Positions 9,468-19,014 are shown, counted from the stretch's first letter. The stretch: DNA of 64,000 nucleotides from an uncultured Candidatus Saccharibacteria bacterium (GCA_964580065.1 CAZOJE010000002.1:2978-66977); one strand, 5' to 3'. The notes: a model not told the origin generated them from the sequence alone. Numbers and translations are program-made.

Positions 9468-10118
9468 ATGAAAAAAGCAATGACGATTGTTGCAGGAATG
9501 GCCTTAATTGGCTTGGCTACTCCTGTCTACGCCGCAGACACTGCCACTGATTTAACCAATAAAATCATGGCAAATGTCTCGAGCGACCTTCAAAAATCGG
9601 GGATCAAGGCGAATCTTGCAGGTTCGGCTAACCCGTGTTGCATAAGTGGTGGCACATGCTGCGCTAATGGTGGCAGCAATATTACCAATATCAACACTAA
9701 TAACAATACTTCGAGCAATTCGAATAGCATTGCGGTTAATGTTGGAAGCAAGACCTCTGACACTGGCGGAGCAGCCGCTTCAGCCGGTGGTGGAGCTTCA
9801 GCTGGTAATGGGGCCGCCGCTTCAAGTTCAGCCGCTGCCGCCGCTGGCAATGCCAGCGCTTCAGCGTCTGGAGCCGCTTCAGCCGGTACAAATGGAGCTT
9901 CAGCTTCTAGCGCCGCAGCTGCTTCAGCTGGTACAACTAAAGCTAGTACGACCGCAAAGGTTGCTGTTGCCAAAAAGACTGTTAGCAAACCGGCCGAATT
10001 ACCAAAAACCGGTTTTCCGGTTGCACCTGCTGCGGTCGCTTCAGTGGCCGTTAGCGGAGCTTCAGCTGCCGCTTTAGCAATCAGAAAGAAGCTCGCTTTC
10101 ATACGAGAGAATCTTTAA
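9468..10118 (+). CDS. Secreted Ala/Ser-rich surface protein with an LPxTG-like C-terminal sorting signal
   Basis: AGAGGT RBS and ATG 9468. Signal peptide (VYA-A), CC...CC cluster, Asn-rich strand, Ala/Ser/Gly stalk, then LPKTG, a hydrophobic segment and an RKK tail. Confidence 0.8.
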   Translation: MKKAMTIVAGMALIGLATPVYAADTATDLTNKIMANVSSDLQKSGIKANLAGSANPCCISGGTCCANGGSNITNINTNNNTSSNSNSIAVNVGSKTSDTGGAAASAGGGASAGNGAAASSSAAAAAGNASASASGAASAGTNGASASSAAAASAGTTKASTTAKVAVAKKTVSKPAELPKTGFPVAPAAVASVAVSGASAAALAIRKKLAFIRENL

Positions 10119-10140
10119 TTGCTCGACTGCCGCACGAAAA

Positions 10141-10176
10141 AAAGAAAAACTCCGGTTCGCCGGAGTTTTTCTTTTT
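10141..10176. terminator. Bidirectional intrinsic terminator
   Basis: AAAGAAAAACTCCGG-TTCG-CCGGAGTTTTTCTTT. Confidence 0.85.
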
Positions 10177-10203
10177 GTCTTTTTCGGGAAAAAACGATAC
10201 AAT
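10175..10203 (+). promoter_or_regulatory. prfB promoter, probably giving a leaderless mRNA
   Basis: TTGTCT-17 nt-TACAAT, ending 7 nt before ATG 10211; no SD. Confidence 0.6.
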
Positions 10204-10210
10204 TACCCTG

Positions 10211-11182
10211 ATGAAAAAAGAAGAATTAGCCAAACTGCTAAAAATTGACGATAAAACTCGTGAAGCCGAGGAAATTCAGCAAAAAATGCTCGAAGAGGGC
10301 TTTTGGAATGCTCGAGAATTATCCGCTAAACTAAGCCAGCGATTGGCTTATTTAAATGATTTTTTAACTAAATTTGCCAATAGCGAAACCGAAGCAGAAT
10401 TAGCCGATTTGGAAAAAGATGCTTTGTTCGACGAAGAATTTGACGAAATGGCAACTATTTTATCAATTCATGCCGGTGCCGGCGGTACCGAAGCGCAAGA
10501 TTGGGCCCAAATGCTTGAAAGAATGTATCTGCGTTATTGCGAAAAGGAAAATTTCTCGGCGACAATTCTTGATTCGTCCGAAGGCGAAGAAGCAGGTATA
10601 AAAAGTTGTTCGATCAAAATCGACGGGATTAATGCGTATGGTAAGCTAAAATCGGAAAATGGCGTTCATCGGCTAGTCCGAATCAGCCCGTTTGATGCCG
10701 ATAAAGCCCGCCATACATCTTTCGCTTTAGTGGAGGTGATTCCGGAATTTGACGATATCGGTGATGTTGATATTGATGAAAAAGATCTCAAGGTTGACGT
10801 TTTTCGCTCTGGCGGACACGGTGGGCAATCGGTTAACACAACTGATTCGGCGGTCAGAATCACTCATTTGCCAACCAAAATTACGGTTTCGGTGCAAAAT
10901 GAGAGATCGCAGCTGCAAAATCGCGAAACGGCCATGAAAATCTTAAAAATCAAGCTTAAGAAAAAAATGCTTGATAGTCAAAAAGAAAAAGAACGCGACA
11001 TCAAGGGTGGCCATATTTCGGCTGAATGGGGCAATCAAATACGATCGTATGTCTTGCAACCGTATCAACAGGTAAAGGATCATCGTACGCAATTTGAGTC
11101 AGCCAATCCCGAAGCAGTTTTGGATGGCGATTTAAATGGATTTATTGACGCTTATTTGAAGTGGCAACACGAAAAAAATTGA
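10211..11182 (+). CDS. prfB: Peptide chain release factor 2 (no programmed frameshift)
   Basis: AGAGGTEAQDWA, RISPF (SPF anticodon mimic) and GGQ motifs in a continuous frame. Confidence 0.96.
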   Translation: MKKEELAKLLKIDDKTREAEEIQQKMLEEGFWNARELSAKLSQRLAYLNDFLTKFANSETEAELADLEKDALFDEEFDEMATILSIHAGAGGTEAQDWAQMLERMYLRYCEKENFSATILDSSEGEEAGIKSCSIKIDGINAYGKLKSENGVHRLVRISPFDADKARHTSFALVEVIPEFDDIGDVDIDEKDLKVDVFRSGGHGGQSVNTTDSAVRITHLPTKITVSVQNERSQLQNRETAMKILKIKLKKKMLDSQKEKERDIKGGHISAEWGNQIRSYVLQPYQQVKDHRTQFESANPEAVLDGDLNGFIDAYLKWQHEKN

Positions 11183-11237
11183 AAAATCCTTTAATTAACG
11201 ATAAATTTAATCAAATAACTAATTTAAGAGGAGAAAA

Positions 11238-11546
11238 ATGGCCTTCGACAAAGCAAAACAGCTCTATCAACTACAAAAAAAAGCCAAACAGGTGCAAAAA
11301 GAACTGAAAGAGACAGAGATTGAAGCAAGAAGCACCGACGACATGGTAATGGTGGTAATAAGTGCTGATCAAAAAATTAAATCGGTTGAAATCAATGAAG
11401 ACTTGTTAAAGCCGGAGAAAAAGAAAGATTTAGAAGACAAACTAGTCAAAGTAATTTCCGAAGCCATGAGCCGATCCCAAGCCGTTGCGGCGGAAAAAAC
11501 CAAAAGCTTAATGGGTGATATGGGCCTTAATATTCCAGGGATGTAA
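11238..11546 (+). CDS. YbaB/EbfC family nucleoid-associated protein
   Basis: 102 aa with the typical pattern (QKKAKQVQKEL...VMVVISADQKIKSVEI...GLNIPGM). Confidence 0.88.
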   Translation: MAFDKAKQLYQLQKKAKQVQKELKETEIEARSTDDMVMVVISADQKIKSVEINEDLLKPEKKKDLEDKLVKVISEAMSRSQAVAAEKTKSLMGDMGLNIPGM

Positions 11547-11548
11547 AA

Positions 11549-12109
11549 ATGTATTTAATTGTTGGATTGGGCAATCCGGGGAACGAATATGCGCAAACGC
11601 GTCACAATGTTGGTTTTGATTTTATTGACGATTTAATCAAGAAAATTGATTTTCCTGTCGGCTCAATTACTCTCAAAAATCAGTCCAAATTTGAAAGCAT
11701 AATTGGCGAAACAACAGTCGATGGCGAAAAGATCATTTTAGCTAAACCGCAGACATTTATGAATTTATCCGGTCAGGCAGTCAAAAAAATTACTGATTTT
11801 TATAAAATCAGTAACGAAAATATTATCGTTGCTTGCGACGATGCTAATATGGAGCTAGGCAAAACGAGAATTAAAATTTCGGGTGAAGATGGCGGTCACA
11901 ACGGTCTAAAATCAATTATTTCTTCAGTAGGCCCGAATTTTTGGCGCGTTCGGATAGGCATAGGCCAAGGTAATATTGCGTTAGAAAATTATGTTTTGGC
12001 CAAATTTTCTGCTGACGAAAGGCAAAACATAGATCTAGCGATTGACAAAGCGACCCAAGAAGTGATAAACTCATTATCTAAAAATTACTTAGAAAATAAA
12101 ACAATTTAA
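11549..12109 (+). CDS. pth: Peptidyl-tRNA hydrolase
   Basis: LIVGLGNPG, TRHNVGF, KPQTFMNLSG and GGHNGLKSI motifs. Confidence 0.97.
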   Translation: MYLIVGLGNPGNEYAQTRHNVGFDFIDDLIKKIDFPVGSITLKNQSKFESIIGETTVDGEKIILAKPQTFMNLSGQAVKKITDFYKISNENIIVACDDANMELGKTRIKISGEDGGHNGLKSIISSVGPNFWRVRIGIGQGNIALENYVLAKFSADERQNIDLAIDKATQEVINSLSKNYLENKTI

Positions 12110-12130
12110 TCCGCTCTTTTAGAGCGACAA

Positions 12131-12159
12131 GTGGGACCTCGAAAAGAGGGTTTGACCAC
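12131..12159 (+). promoter_or_regulatory. Ribosomal protein L1 autoregulatory leader site
   Basis: GTGGGA-CCTC GAAA AGAGG-GTTTGACCAC kinked hairpin just 5' of the rplA RBS; resembles L1-binding mRNA sites. Confidence 0.65.
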
Positions 12160-12171
12160 GGGGAGGTATGT

Positions 12172-13044
12172 ATGGCAAAGAAAAAACAAGAAGTCGGACA
12201 AGAGGAAAATCTGGCGATTTCCGAGGAAGAACTCGACAAGGAAGAAACCGAGCAAGAATCGGCCACTGATCAGGAGGCCGAATTAGAAGTGGTAGAAGAA
12301 CAAACCGATACGGAAGATGTTGCACCGGCTGAATTAGAAAGTATTCATACAGATACAGAAACGGCTGAAGAGGCGACAAAAGAAGCCGCCAAGCAAGAAA
12401 AAAAAGCGACAAAAAAAAGCAAAACCAAAAAACAAGCAAAAAAATCTGCTAGATCAAAAAAATACCTAGAAAAAACCGAACTTGTTGACCATAAGAAAAA
12501 ATATTCTGTCGCGGAAGCCGTCAAATTAGTCAAAGAATTATCTTTTAGCAAGTTTGACGGTACTGTAAGTTTGGCTTTAAAGCTGGAAAAAGCCAAAAAA
12601 GCGGAAGATGCGATAAGAGGGACGATTAAATTGCCCCATGGCACCGGAAAAAAACAAAAAGTTGTTGTGGTCACAGAAGAAATAATCGAAGATATTAAAA
12701 AGGGCTCGCTTGACTTTGATATCTTGGTTTCAACTCCGGAAATGATGCCGCGGCTTGGCGTTTTAGCCAAAGTCCTCGGACCAAAAGGTAAAATGCCTAA
12801 TCCTAAGGATGGTACCGTGGTTGAAGACCCCACGGCAGTGATCGAAGATTTAAGCGAAAAAATTGTCCGCTACCGAACAGATGCTGGTCGCAATATTCAT
12901 CTTCCTGTTGGCAAAGTGTCTTGGGATGCAGAAAAATTAGAAGAAAATATTAACTTTGTTCTAAAATCTCTTATAAGATTCAAAAAAGAATCGGCTACTT
13001 TGAGCCCGACAATGGGCCCTGGCGTTCATCTTGACATCAAATAG
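12172..13044 (+). CDS. rplA: 50S ribosomal protein L1 with a long charged N-terminal extension
   Basis: KFDGTV, RGTIKLPHGTGK, LGPKGKMPNPKDGTV and PTMGPG motifs. Confidence 0.96.
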   Translation: MAKKKQEVGQEENLAISEEELDKEETEQESATDQEAELEVVEEQTDTEDVAPAELESIHTDTETAEEATKEAAKQEKKATKKSKTKKQAKKSARSKKYLEKTELVDHKKKYSVAEAVKLVKELSFSKFDGTVSLALKLEKAKKAEDAIRGTIKLPHGTGKKQKVVVVTEEIIEDIKKGSLDFDILVSTPEMMPRLGVLAKVLGPKGKMPNPKDGTVVEDPTAVIEDLSEKIVRYRTDAGRNIHLPVGKVSWDAEKLEENINFVLKSLIRFKKESATLSPTMGPGVHLDIK

Positions 13045-13087
13045 GACGGTAGCTTAAGATTATAAAAGAAACTAACAAGGGGGGAAG

Positions 13088-14035
13088 ATGGGTCTAGAAG
13101 TGTCGAAAAAATCTGCCACTGTTGGATTGGTGGCCTTGGTGGCTGTTTTGGCTGCGGGAGGTTATAGTTTTTATAACATGTCACAGGTATCCGCTGATGT
13201 TGTTGGCGATACAGACATTAGCACTTACACTTCGGCTCTTTGCGGCAAGGGCAATCCGGTTGCGGGCTACTATAAAAAAAGTGTCGATGAGAATGTAACT
13301 TTTTTGCCAGAGTCAACGAGCTCGACTACAGCCAATAAGGCGGCTGCGGCTACAACCACAGCTACAGCTACTTCGACGACTTCGACTGAATTGTCATCGC
13401 TAAAAATATCGACCAAAACCAAAACCGAAGGCAGATATGTCGAGTTAACAACTATTGCCGGAGAAGACTCCCAGCAAAAATTTTCTGTCGGTATCAGTGC
13501 GGTCATCGCGTCGGGAACAGGATCCCTACAAACATTGAAAGCAGGCGACAAAATTAATTTTTATGTCAGAGTGAAAAATAATGCCGACACAACTTTGAGC
13601 CAAAAAGGAAGCGACCGGATTTATTTGACATTTTCAGATGCGGCCACAGGCAAAAACATTAGTTCGAGAATATTCACAGTCTCCAAGACCAATTCGAAAG
13701 CAATCTCAAAAGCCACTGCCAAAGCGAGCAAAGAAGAGTATCAAACTTTTGCCGTACCAAAGATTTTAGACGGCAAAACACTATCAGTTGGAGTAAAATA
13801 CTACGCTGGCGCTGAAAACAAGAGAACCATTTTCGGCAGAAGATCTTCAAAGAGTGCTTACTGGCTAATTGATAGCGGTTTCCTCGGTTATTGCAATCTT
13901 GACATGAAAAATGTTTTCATGCTTGGAGACACAAGCACAACCGACGGATGCGATGTTTCGGCTGGCGCTACGGCGACAACGACTGTCACAACCACCACAG
14001 CTACGCCTACGACTACCGTTACGACCGCAGATTGA
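13088..14035 (+). CDS. Membrane-anchored or secreted Thr/Ser-rich hypothetical protein
   Basis: N-terminal hydrophobic helix, poly-Thr linkers and a beta-rich middle region. Confidence 0.75.
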   Translation: MGLEVSKKSATVGLVALVAVLAAGGYSFYNMSQVSADVVGDTDISTYTSALCGKGNPVAGYYKKSVDENVTFLPESTSSTTANKAAAATTTATATSTTSTELSSLKISTKTKTEGRYVELTTIAGEDSQQKFSVGISAVIASGTGSLQTLKAGDKINFYVRVKNNADTTLSQKGSDRIYLTFSDAATGKNISSRIFTVSKTNSKAISKATAKASKEEYQTFAVPKILDGKTLSVGVKYYAGAENKRTIFGRRSSKSAYWLIDSGFLGYCNLDMKNVFMLGDTSTTDGCDVSAGATATTTVTTTTATPTTTVTTAD

Positions 14036-14056
14036 CCTAGCTGATAATTGATTTTA

Positions 14057-14087
14057 GCAAAAAGAGCCGATTGACGGCTCTTTTTGC
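14057..14087. terminator. Bidirectional intrinsic terminator
   Basis: GCAAAAAGAGCCG-ATTGA-CGGCTCTTTTTGC. Confidence 0.85.
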
Positions 14088-14108
14088 GTTAAAATAGCAT
14101 AGAACCTG

Positions 14109-14136
14109 TTGACAAAAATAGGTTAACAGGTATAAT
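14109..14136 (+). promoter_or_regulatory. Consensus sigma70 promoter of rplJL
   Basis: TTGACA-16 nt-TATAAT. Confidence 0.8.
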
Positions 14137-14143
14137 TTATTTC

Positions 14144-14201
14144 AGCCGAAGAAAGCCGGATCCGCAAGGATTAAAAACCCAAAAGGTGACCTGCCGAGGC
14201 A
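14144..14201 (+). promoter_or_regulatory. L10 leader (rplJL autoregulatory RNA)
   Basis: GCCGAAGA...GG...TTAA...CCTGCCGAGGC pattern of L10 leaders, upstream of rplJ. Confidence 0.75.
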
Positions 14202-14282
14202 AATGCAAGGTGTTTCGAATAATGAGCATTTGTAATTCGGCCAAAAAGCCGAATTTTTTAATAAATTTTTCAAAGGAGACCG

Positions 14283-14804
14283 ATGGTTTTAACTAAAGGC
14301 AAAAAACAGGAAAAATTAGCCGAATTAAAAGAGCTGTTTTCAGATTCAGCCGCCGCCGTGGCAATTGATTATTCTTCTCTGAAGGCGAATGAATTCACTA
14401 AATTAAGAAAAAAGCTTAAAGCGGCTGACATTACGGCTAGCGTAACTAAAAATACGCTCGTGAAAAAAGCTTTAGCAGAAATTAATTTTACAATCGATCA
14501 ATCAATTTTGGACAAGCCAGTATTATTTGGTTTTGGTCAAGATGAGGTTGAAATGGCCAAAATCCTAACGGAATTTGCCAAGGAATTTGAAGCGGTCGAG
14601 ATACTTGGCGGAATTGTCAGGGGTGAAGCGGTTGACGCGGCTAAAATCAAAGTTCTTTCAACCTTACCGTCGAGAGAACAGTTGCAGGCGCAAGTTGTTG
14701 GCACGATTTCAGCTCCTTTGAGCGGTTTTGTCAACGTGCTTTCTGGCAATTTAAGAGGATTGGTCAATATTTTGAATCAATATAAAAATAAATTAGAAGG
14801 ATAA
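14283..14804 (+). CDS. rplJ: 50S ribosomal protein L10
   Basis: LRKKL...VTKNTL and [10 protein letters not shown] motifs; lies upstream of rplL. Confidence 0.96.
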   Translation: MVLTKGKKQEKLAELKELFSDSAAAVAIDYSSLKANEFTKLRKKLKAADITASVTKNTLVKKALAEINFTIDQSILDKPVLFGFGQDEVEMAKILTEFAKEFEAVEILGGIVRGEAVDAAKIKVLSTLPSREQLQAQVVGTISAPLSGFVNVLSGNLRGLVNILNQYKNKLEG

Positions 14805-14817
14805 TAGAGGAGAAAAA

Positions 14818-15264
14818 ATGGCAGAAGAAAAAAAAGAAGAAACCACTGTGGAAAAAGCAGAAAAAGAAACCAAGGAAACACCAGCAAAATTTGCTGACTT
14901 GGTAGAAAAAATCGAGAAAATGACCGTCGCCGATTTGGCCGAATTGGTTAAAGTTCTCGAAGACAAACTTGGCGTTAGCGCCGCTCAACCGATGATGGTT
15001 GCCGCTGGTGCTGCTGGTGCCGCCGCTCCAGCCGAAGCCGAGGAAGAAAAATCCAGCTATACCGTTATGCTTAAAGATGGTGGTGCTCAAAAAATCGCCG
15101 TCATCAAGGCCGTTAGAGAAATCAACCAAGACCTCGGTTTAGTTGACGCAAAAAATTTGGTTGAATCAGCTCCTAAGGAAGTTAAAAAAGACTTGCCCAA
15201 AGCTGAAGCAGAAGAAGCCAAGAAAAAACTCGAAGCCGCTGGCGCTACAGTTGAACTAGTCTAA
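14818..15264 (+). CDS. rplL: 50S ribosomal protein L7/L12
   Basis: [21 protein letters not shown] and [10 protein letters not shown] motifs. Confidence 0.98.
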   Translation: MAEEKKEETTVEKAEKETKETPAKFADLVEKIEKMTVADLAELVKVLEDKLGVSAAQPMMVAAGAAGAAAPAEAEEEKSSYTVMLKDGGAQKIAVIKAVREINQDLGLVDAKNLVESAPKEVKKDLPKAEAEEAKKKLEAAGATVELV

Positions 15265-15284
15265 TTGCTAAAACTATCTTAAAC

Positions 15285-15315
15285 CCGAAGCCCCTGTGAA
15301 AGCAGGGGCTTTCGG
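15285..15315 (+). terminator. Hairpin terminator after rplL
   Basis: CCGAAGCCCCTG...CAGGGGCTTTCGG. Confidence 0.7.
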
Positions 15316-15341
15316 TGCTAAAGTAGAGAAAATATACAAAA

Positions 15342-16493
15342 ATGTTTGAGTATAAAATAAAAAATAAATCCAAGATATCAAGAGCGAGAATCGGCGTTTT
15401 TTCAACCCCTCACGGCGATATCGAAACGCCGGTTTTCATGAGCGTTGGCACTGTGGGTGCGGTCAAAACGATGACGCCTAAAGATTTAGACGATCTTGAC
15501 GCCCAGATTATTCTTGCCAACACTTATCATTTATATTTGCGCCCGGGAGAAGAAATTATAAAAAAAGCGGGTGGTTTACATGGCTATACCCGTCGAGAAA
15601 AGCCATTTTTAACAGATTCGGGCGGCTTTCAGGTTTTTTCGCTCGGGGAAAGTCGCGTCAATAAAAACTCTTTCGCCGCAGTCAAACCGGCCAAGATTTC
15701 CGAAAAAGGCGTTAAGTTTTATTCGCATTTGGACGGCTCCGAGCATTTTATTAGTCCCGAAAAGTCAATCAAAATTCAGGAAGATTTGGGTGCTGACATA
15801 ATTATGGCTTTTGACGAGTGCCCGCCAGCCGATATAACGAAAAATGCTCTTAAAGAGTCGGTTGAAAGAACCCATCGTTGGTTATGTCGTTGTGTTAAAG
15901 CAAAAACCAGAAAAGATCAAGCCCTTTTTCCGATCTGCCAAGGAGGAACCGACTTAAAGCTTAGGCGCTATTCGGCCGAATATATCCAGAGATTTGATCT
16001 CCCGGGTAATACAATTGGTGGGGTATCGGTAGGCGAACCAAAGGAAAAAATTTACGAAATTGCTGATTTTTGTGCTAGTCTTTTGGACGAAAATAAACCT
16101 CGCTATCTCATGGGCATAGGGTATCCAGAAGACATTGTTGAAATTGTGCGACATGGAATTGATATGTTTGATTGTGTTTTGCCCTCAAGATTGGCTCGAC
16201 ACGGTGTTGTTTGGGTTAAAGCCCCTAAAAAGCAGGGGATTAAACTCAATGGATTGGGCTACAATTACGAGCAGGTGAATTTGTCGAATTCGGAACACAA
16301 AAATGATTTTGGGCCAATTGACAAAAAATGCAGTTGCTACACATGCAAATCGGGTTTTTCGAGGTCTTATATCAAACATCTCATCAGTGAACAGGAGCCC
16401 TTGGGGATACATTTAACAACTATTCACAATCTCGCTTTTACATTTGATCTGGTGAGTGATATAAAGGCAAAGATCAAACAAGACAAATTTTAA
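15342..16493 (+). CDS. tgt: tRNA-guanine transglycosylase
   Basis: ETPVFM, LANTYHLYLRPG, TDSGGFQVFSL, DMFDCV and the CSCYTC zinc site. Confidence 0.97.
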   Translation: MFEYKIKNKSKISRARIGVFSTPHGDIETPVFMSVGTVGAVKTMTPKDLDDLDAQIILANTYHLYLRPGEEIIKKAGGLHGYTRREKPFLTDSGGFQVFSLGESRVNKNSFAAVKPAKISEKGVKFYSHLDGSEHFISPEKSIKIQEDLGADIIMAFDECPPADITKNALKESVERTHRWLCRCVKAKTRKDQALFPICQGGTDLKLRRYSAEYIQRFDLPGNTIGGVSVGEPKEKIYEIADFCASLLDENKPRYLMGIGYPEDIVEIVRHGIDMFDCVLPSRLARHGVVWVKAPKKQGIKLNGLGYNYEQVNLSNSEHKNDFGPIDKKCSCYTCKSGFSRSYIKHLISEQEPLGIHLTTIHNLAFTFDLVSDIKAKIKQDKF

Positions 16494-16533
16494 TTTTACA
16501 TTCTCTATTTGGTATAATTACAAGTAGAGGAAA

Positions 16534-19014
16534 ATGTTGAATAATCAACTATATAGTGAGGGTCCCAATTTTGTCGTGATTTTTCTGTGCGTATTGGGCG
16601 CTGTAGTATTTTTTGTCTTACTATATTTTTTGTATCGAAAATATCTTAAATCTAAATTGACTAAAAGGGCAGACGACTTAATTATTTTAGAAGTAAAATT
16701 GCCAAAAAAGTACGAAAAAGAAGAGTATGAACAGCAAAAAACTATCAGGGACATAACGGCGGGGGCGGATCAATTTTTTACGGCCCTGTCTTCTTTATGG
16801 GTAGATGGTTTTAAAGGATTGTTCTTAGGTCAGCCAGTCGTTTCATTTGAATATGTCGCGAAAGACCACGAAATTATGTTTTATGTTGGCGTACCAAGAG
16901 CGGTTGCCTCATTAGTTGAAAAACAAATCCAAAGTTTTTACCCTAGCGCCAACGTCGAACCAAGCGGGGATTTTCGCGTTTTTAAGGAGGGGCTAAAAAT
17001 TGCTTACGGTAATTTGCGACTGTCGCGCAGTTATATATATCCTATTCGAACATACACCGAGCTGGAGAATGACTCGATTGCAAACATTACCAATGTTTTG
17101 TCGAAAATTGGCGAAGATTCAAGAGCGGTTATTCAAATCTTGGTTAGACCAGCCAATCAAAGCTGGCGTGGTCAAGCGGATTGGATGATTAGGCGGATCC
17201 AAGAAGGAAAAGGCACGGCATTTGGGGTGAGTTGGTGGAACAAATTGGGATATTATGCCGGTCAATTATTCTCGGCGGCGGCGACTAACAACAAAGACCA
17301 ACAATTAAATAAAATAACACCAATGCAGGAGGAAACGATTAAATATCTCACGGCAAAAAGTGCAAAGCCAGGGTTTGATGTTCAGATAAGATTAATCAGC
17401 TTGGCCAAAACAGCTCCTGAAGCCGAAACCAATCTTAAAAACCTTGCTTCGGGCTTCTCGCAATTTTCTACACCTGACCGCAATGGTTTCAAATTAGTGC
17501 GCGCCCACGAAGAAAAGTCGTTTTTAACTCATTTTATTTTGCGATCTTTCATTGGTTTCAAAAAGAACCTTCTTAATTCCGAAGAATTAGCTAGCATTTA
17601 CCATTTTCCTTCAGAGCACATTGATACACCGGGGATTAGGTGGTTTAACGCCAAGCGCGCTCCAGCGCCGGCCAATATGCCTAAAGAGGGGCTAATATTG
17701 GGCAAAAATGTTTATCGGGGCGAAGAAACTATCATTCGTCTTAAAGAGACCGACAGACGCCGCCACCTTTATGCCATTGGTATGACCGGCACGGGTAAAT
17801 CAACATTTTTTGAATCGATGATTTTGCAGGATATAAGAGAGGGGAAGGGGCTGGCCTTGTTCGATCCACACGGCGAATTGGCAGAAAGCATCTTGGATAA
17901 AATCCCCAAGGAACGCGCCGATGACGTAATTTATTTTGATCCGGCCGACACCGAAAGACCGATGGGTCTTAATTTGCTCGAATGGAAAACTAAGGAGCAA
18001 AAGGATTTTCTTGTTCAAGAAGCTATTCAGATTTTTTATAAATTGTTCGATCCGAACGGCCAAGGATTTGTTGGGCCGCAATTTGAACATTGGATGAGAA
18101 ATGCGGCCTTGACTTTAATGGATTATCCCGAAGGCGGCACGCTTATCGAAATACCAAAACTTTTTATGGACGACGGTTTTCGACAGGAGCGAATTAAAAC
18201 AATCAAGGATAATACGGTGAAGGCGTTCTGGGAAGAACAAATGGCCAAAACATCCGATTTTCATAAATCGGAAATGTATAATTATTTTATTTCTAAATTT
18301 GGCCGTTTTATGACCAATATTACGATGCGCAATATCATCGGCCAAACGCATAGCGCTTTTGATTTGCGCGAAGCAATGGATTCGGGCAAAGTCTTGCTGA
18401 TTAACTTGTCAAAGGGAGAGATTGGGGAAATAAATAGTAATCTTTTGGGTATGATTTTCGTGGCCAAACTTTTCACGGCCGCTTTAAGTCGAGGCGATGT
18501 TGAAGAAAATGAAAGGCGGGATTTTTATCTTTATGTTGATGAGTTTCAAAATTTTGCCACCGATACTTTTTCTTCAATTCTTTCCGAAGCGAGAAAATTT
18601 CGTTTAAATCTCAATATTACTAACCAGTACATTGCCCAAATTCCCGAGCCAATTAGAGATGCGATCATTGGTAATGTTGGTTCACTGGTTTCATTTAGGA
18701 TTGGTGTGCCGGATGCGGAATTTATGGCTAAAGAATTTGAGCCGATTGCTAATCAAACTGACCTTAACCAAATAGACGCTTACAACGCCTATGCCAAGAT
18801 TTTAATTGATAATGCTCCGACCAAAGCATTCAGCATGCAAACAATTAAGGATCCGACGGAAAAAAATGCTAAGCTTGGGCAGGCAATGCAGGAGCTGTCG
18901 CGATTGAAATATGGCCGCGATGCTTCTATTGTAGAAAGTGAGATAGGCGAGAGACTTAAGACCGTAGAAGTGCCAGAGCAGAAAGACTTTGTAAGGGAAG
19001 CGGGAGTTAAATGA
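16534..19014 (+). CDS. VirD4/TraG/HerA-like P-loop ATPase with N-terminal TM helix (paralog A)
   Basis: N-terminal TM helix, Walker A GMTGTGKS, FDPHGE, Walker B YVDEFQNF, and SEARKF. Confidence 0.88.
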   Translation: MLNNQLYSEGPNFVVIFLCVLGAVVFFVLLYFLYRKYLKSKLTKRADDLIILEVKLPKKYEKEEYEQQKTIRDITAGADQFFTALSSLWVDGFKGLFLGQPVVSFEYVAKDHEIMFYVGVPRAVASLVEKQIQSFYPSANVEPSGDFRVFKEGLKIAYGNLRLSRSYIYPIRTYTELENDSIANITNVLSKIGEDSRAVIQILVRPANQSWRGQADWMIRRIQEGKGTAFGVSWWNKLGYYAGQLFSAAATNNKDQQLNKITPMQEETIKYLTAKSAKPGFDVQIRLISLAKTAPEAETNLKNLASGFSQFSTPDRNGFKLVRAHEEKSFLTHFILRSFIGFKKNLLNSEELASIYHFPSEHIDTPGIRWFNAKRAPAPANMPKEGLILGKNVYRGEETIIRLKETDRRRHLYAIGMTGTGKSTFFESMILQDIREGKGLALFDPHGELAESILDKIPKERADDVIYFDPADTERPMGLNLLEWKTKEQKDFLVQEAIQIFYKLFDPNGQGFVGPQFEHWMRNAALTLMDYPEGGTLIEIPKLFMDDGFRQERIKTIKDNTVKAFWEEQMAKTSDFHKSEMYNYFISKFGRFMTNITMRNIIGQTHSAFDLREAMDSGKVLLINLSKGEIGEINSNLLGMIFVAKLFTAALSRGDVEENERRDFYLYVDEFQNFATDTFSSILSEARKFRLNLNITNQYIAQIPEPIRDAIIGNVGSLVSFRIGVPDAEFMAKEFEPIANQTDLNQIDAYNAYAKILIDNAPTKAFSMQTIKDPTEKNAKLGQAMQELSRLKYGRDASIVESEIGERLKTVEVPEQKDFVREAGVK

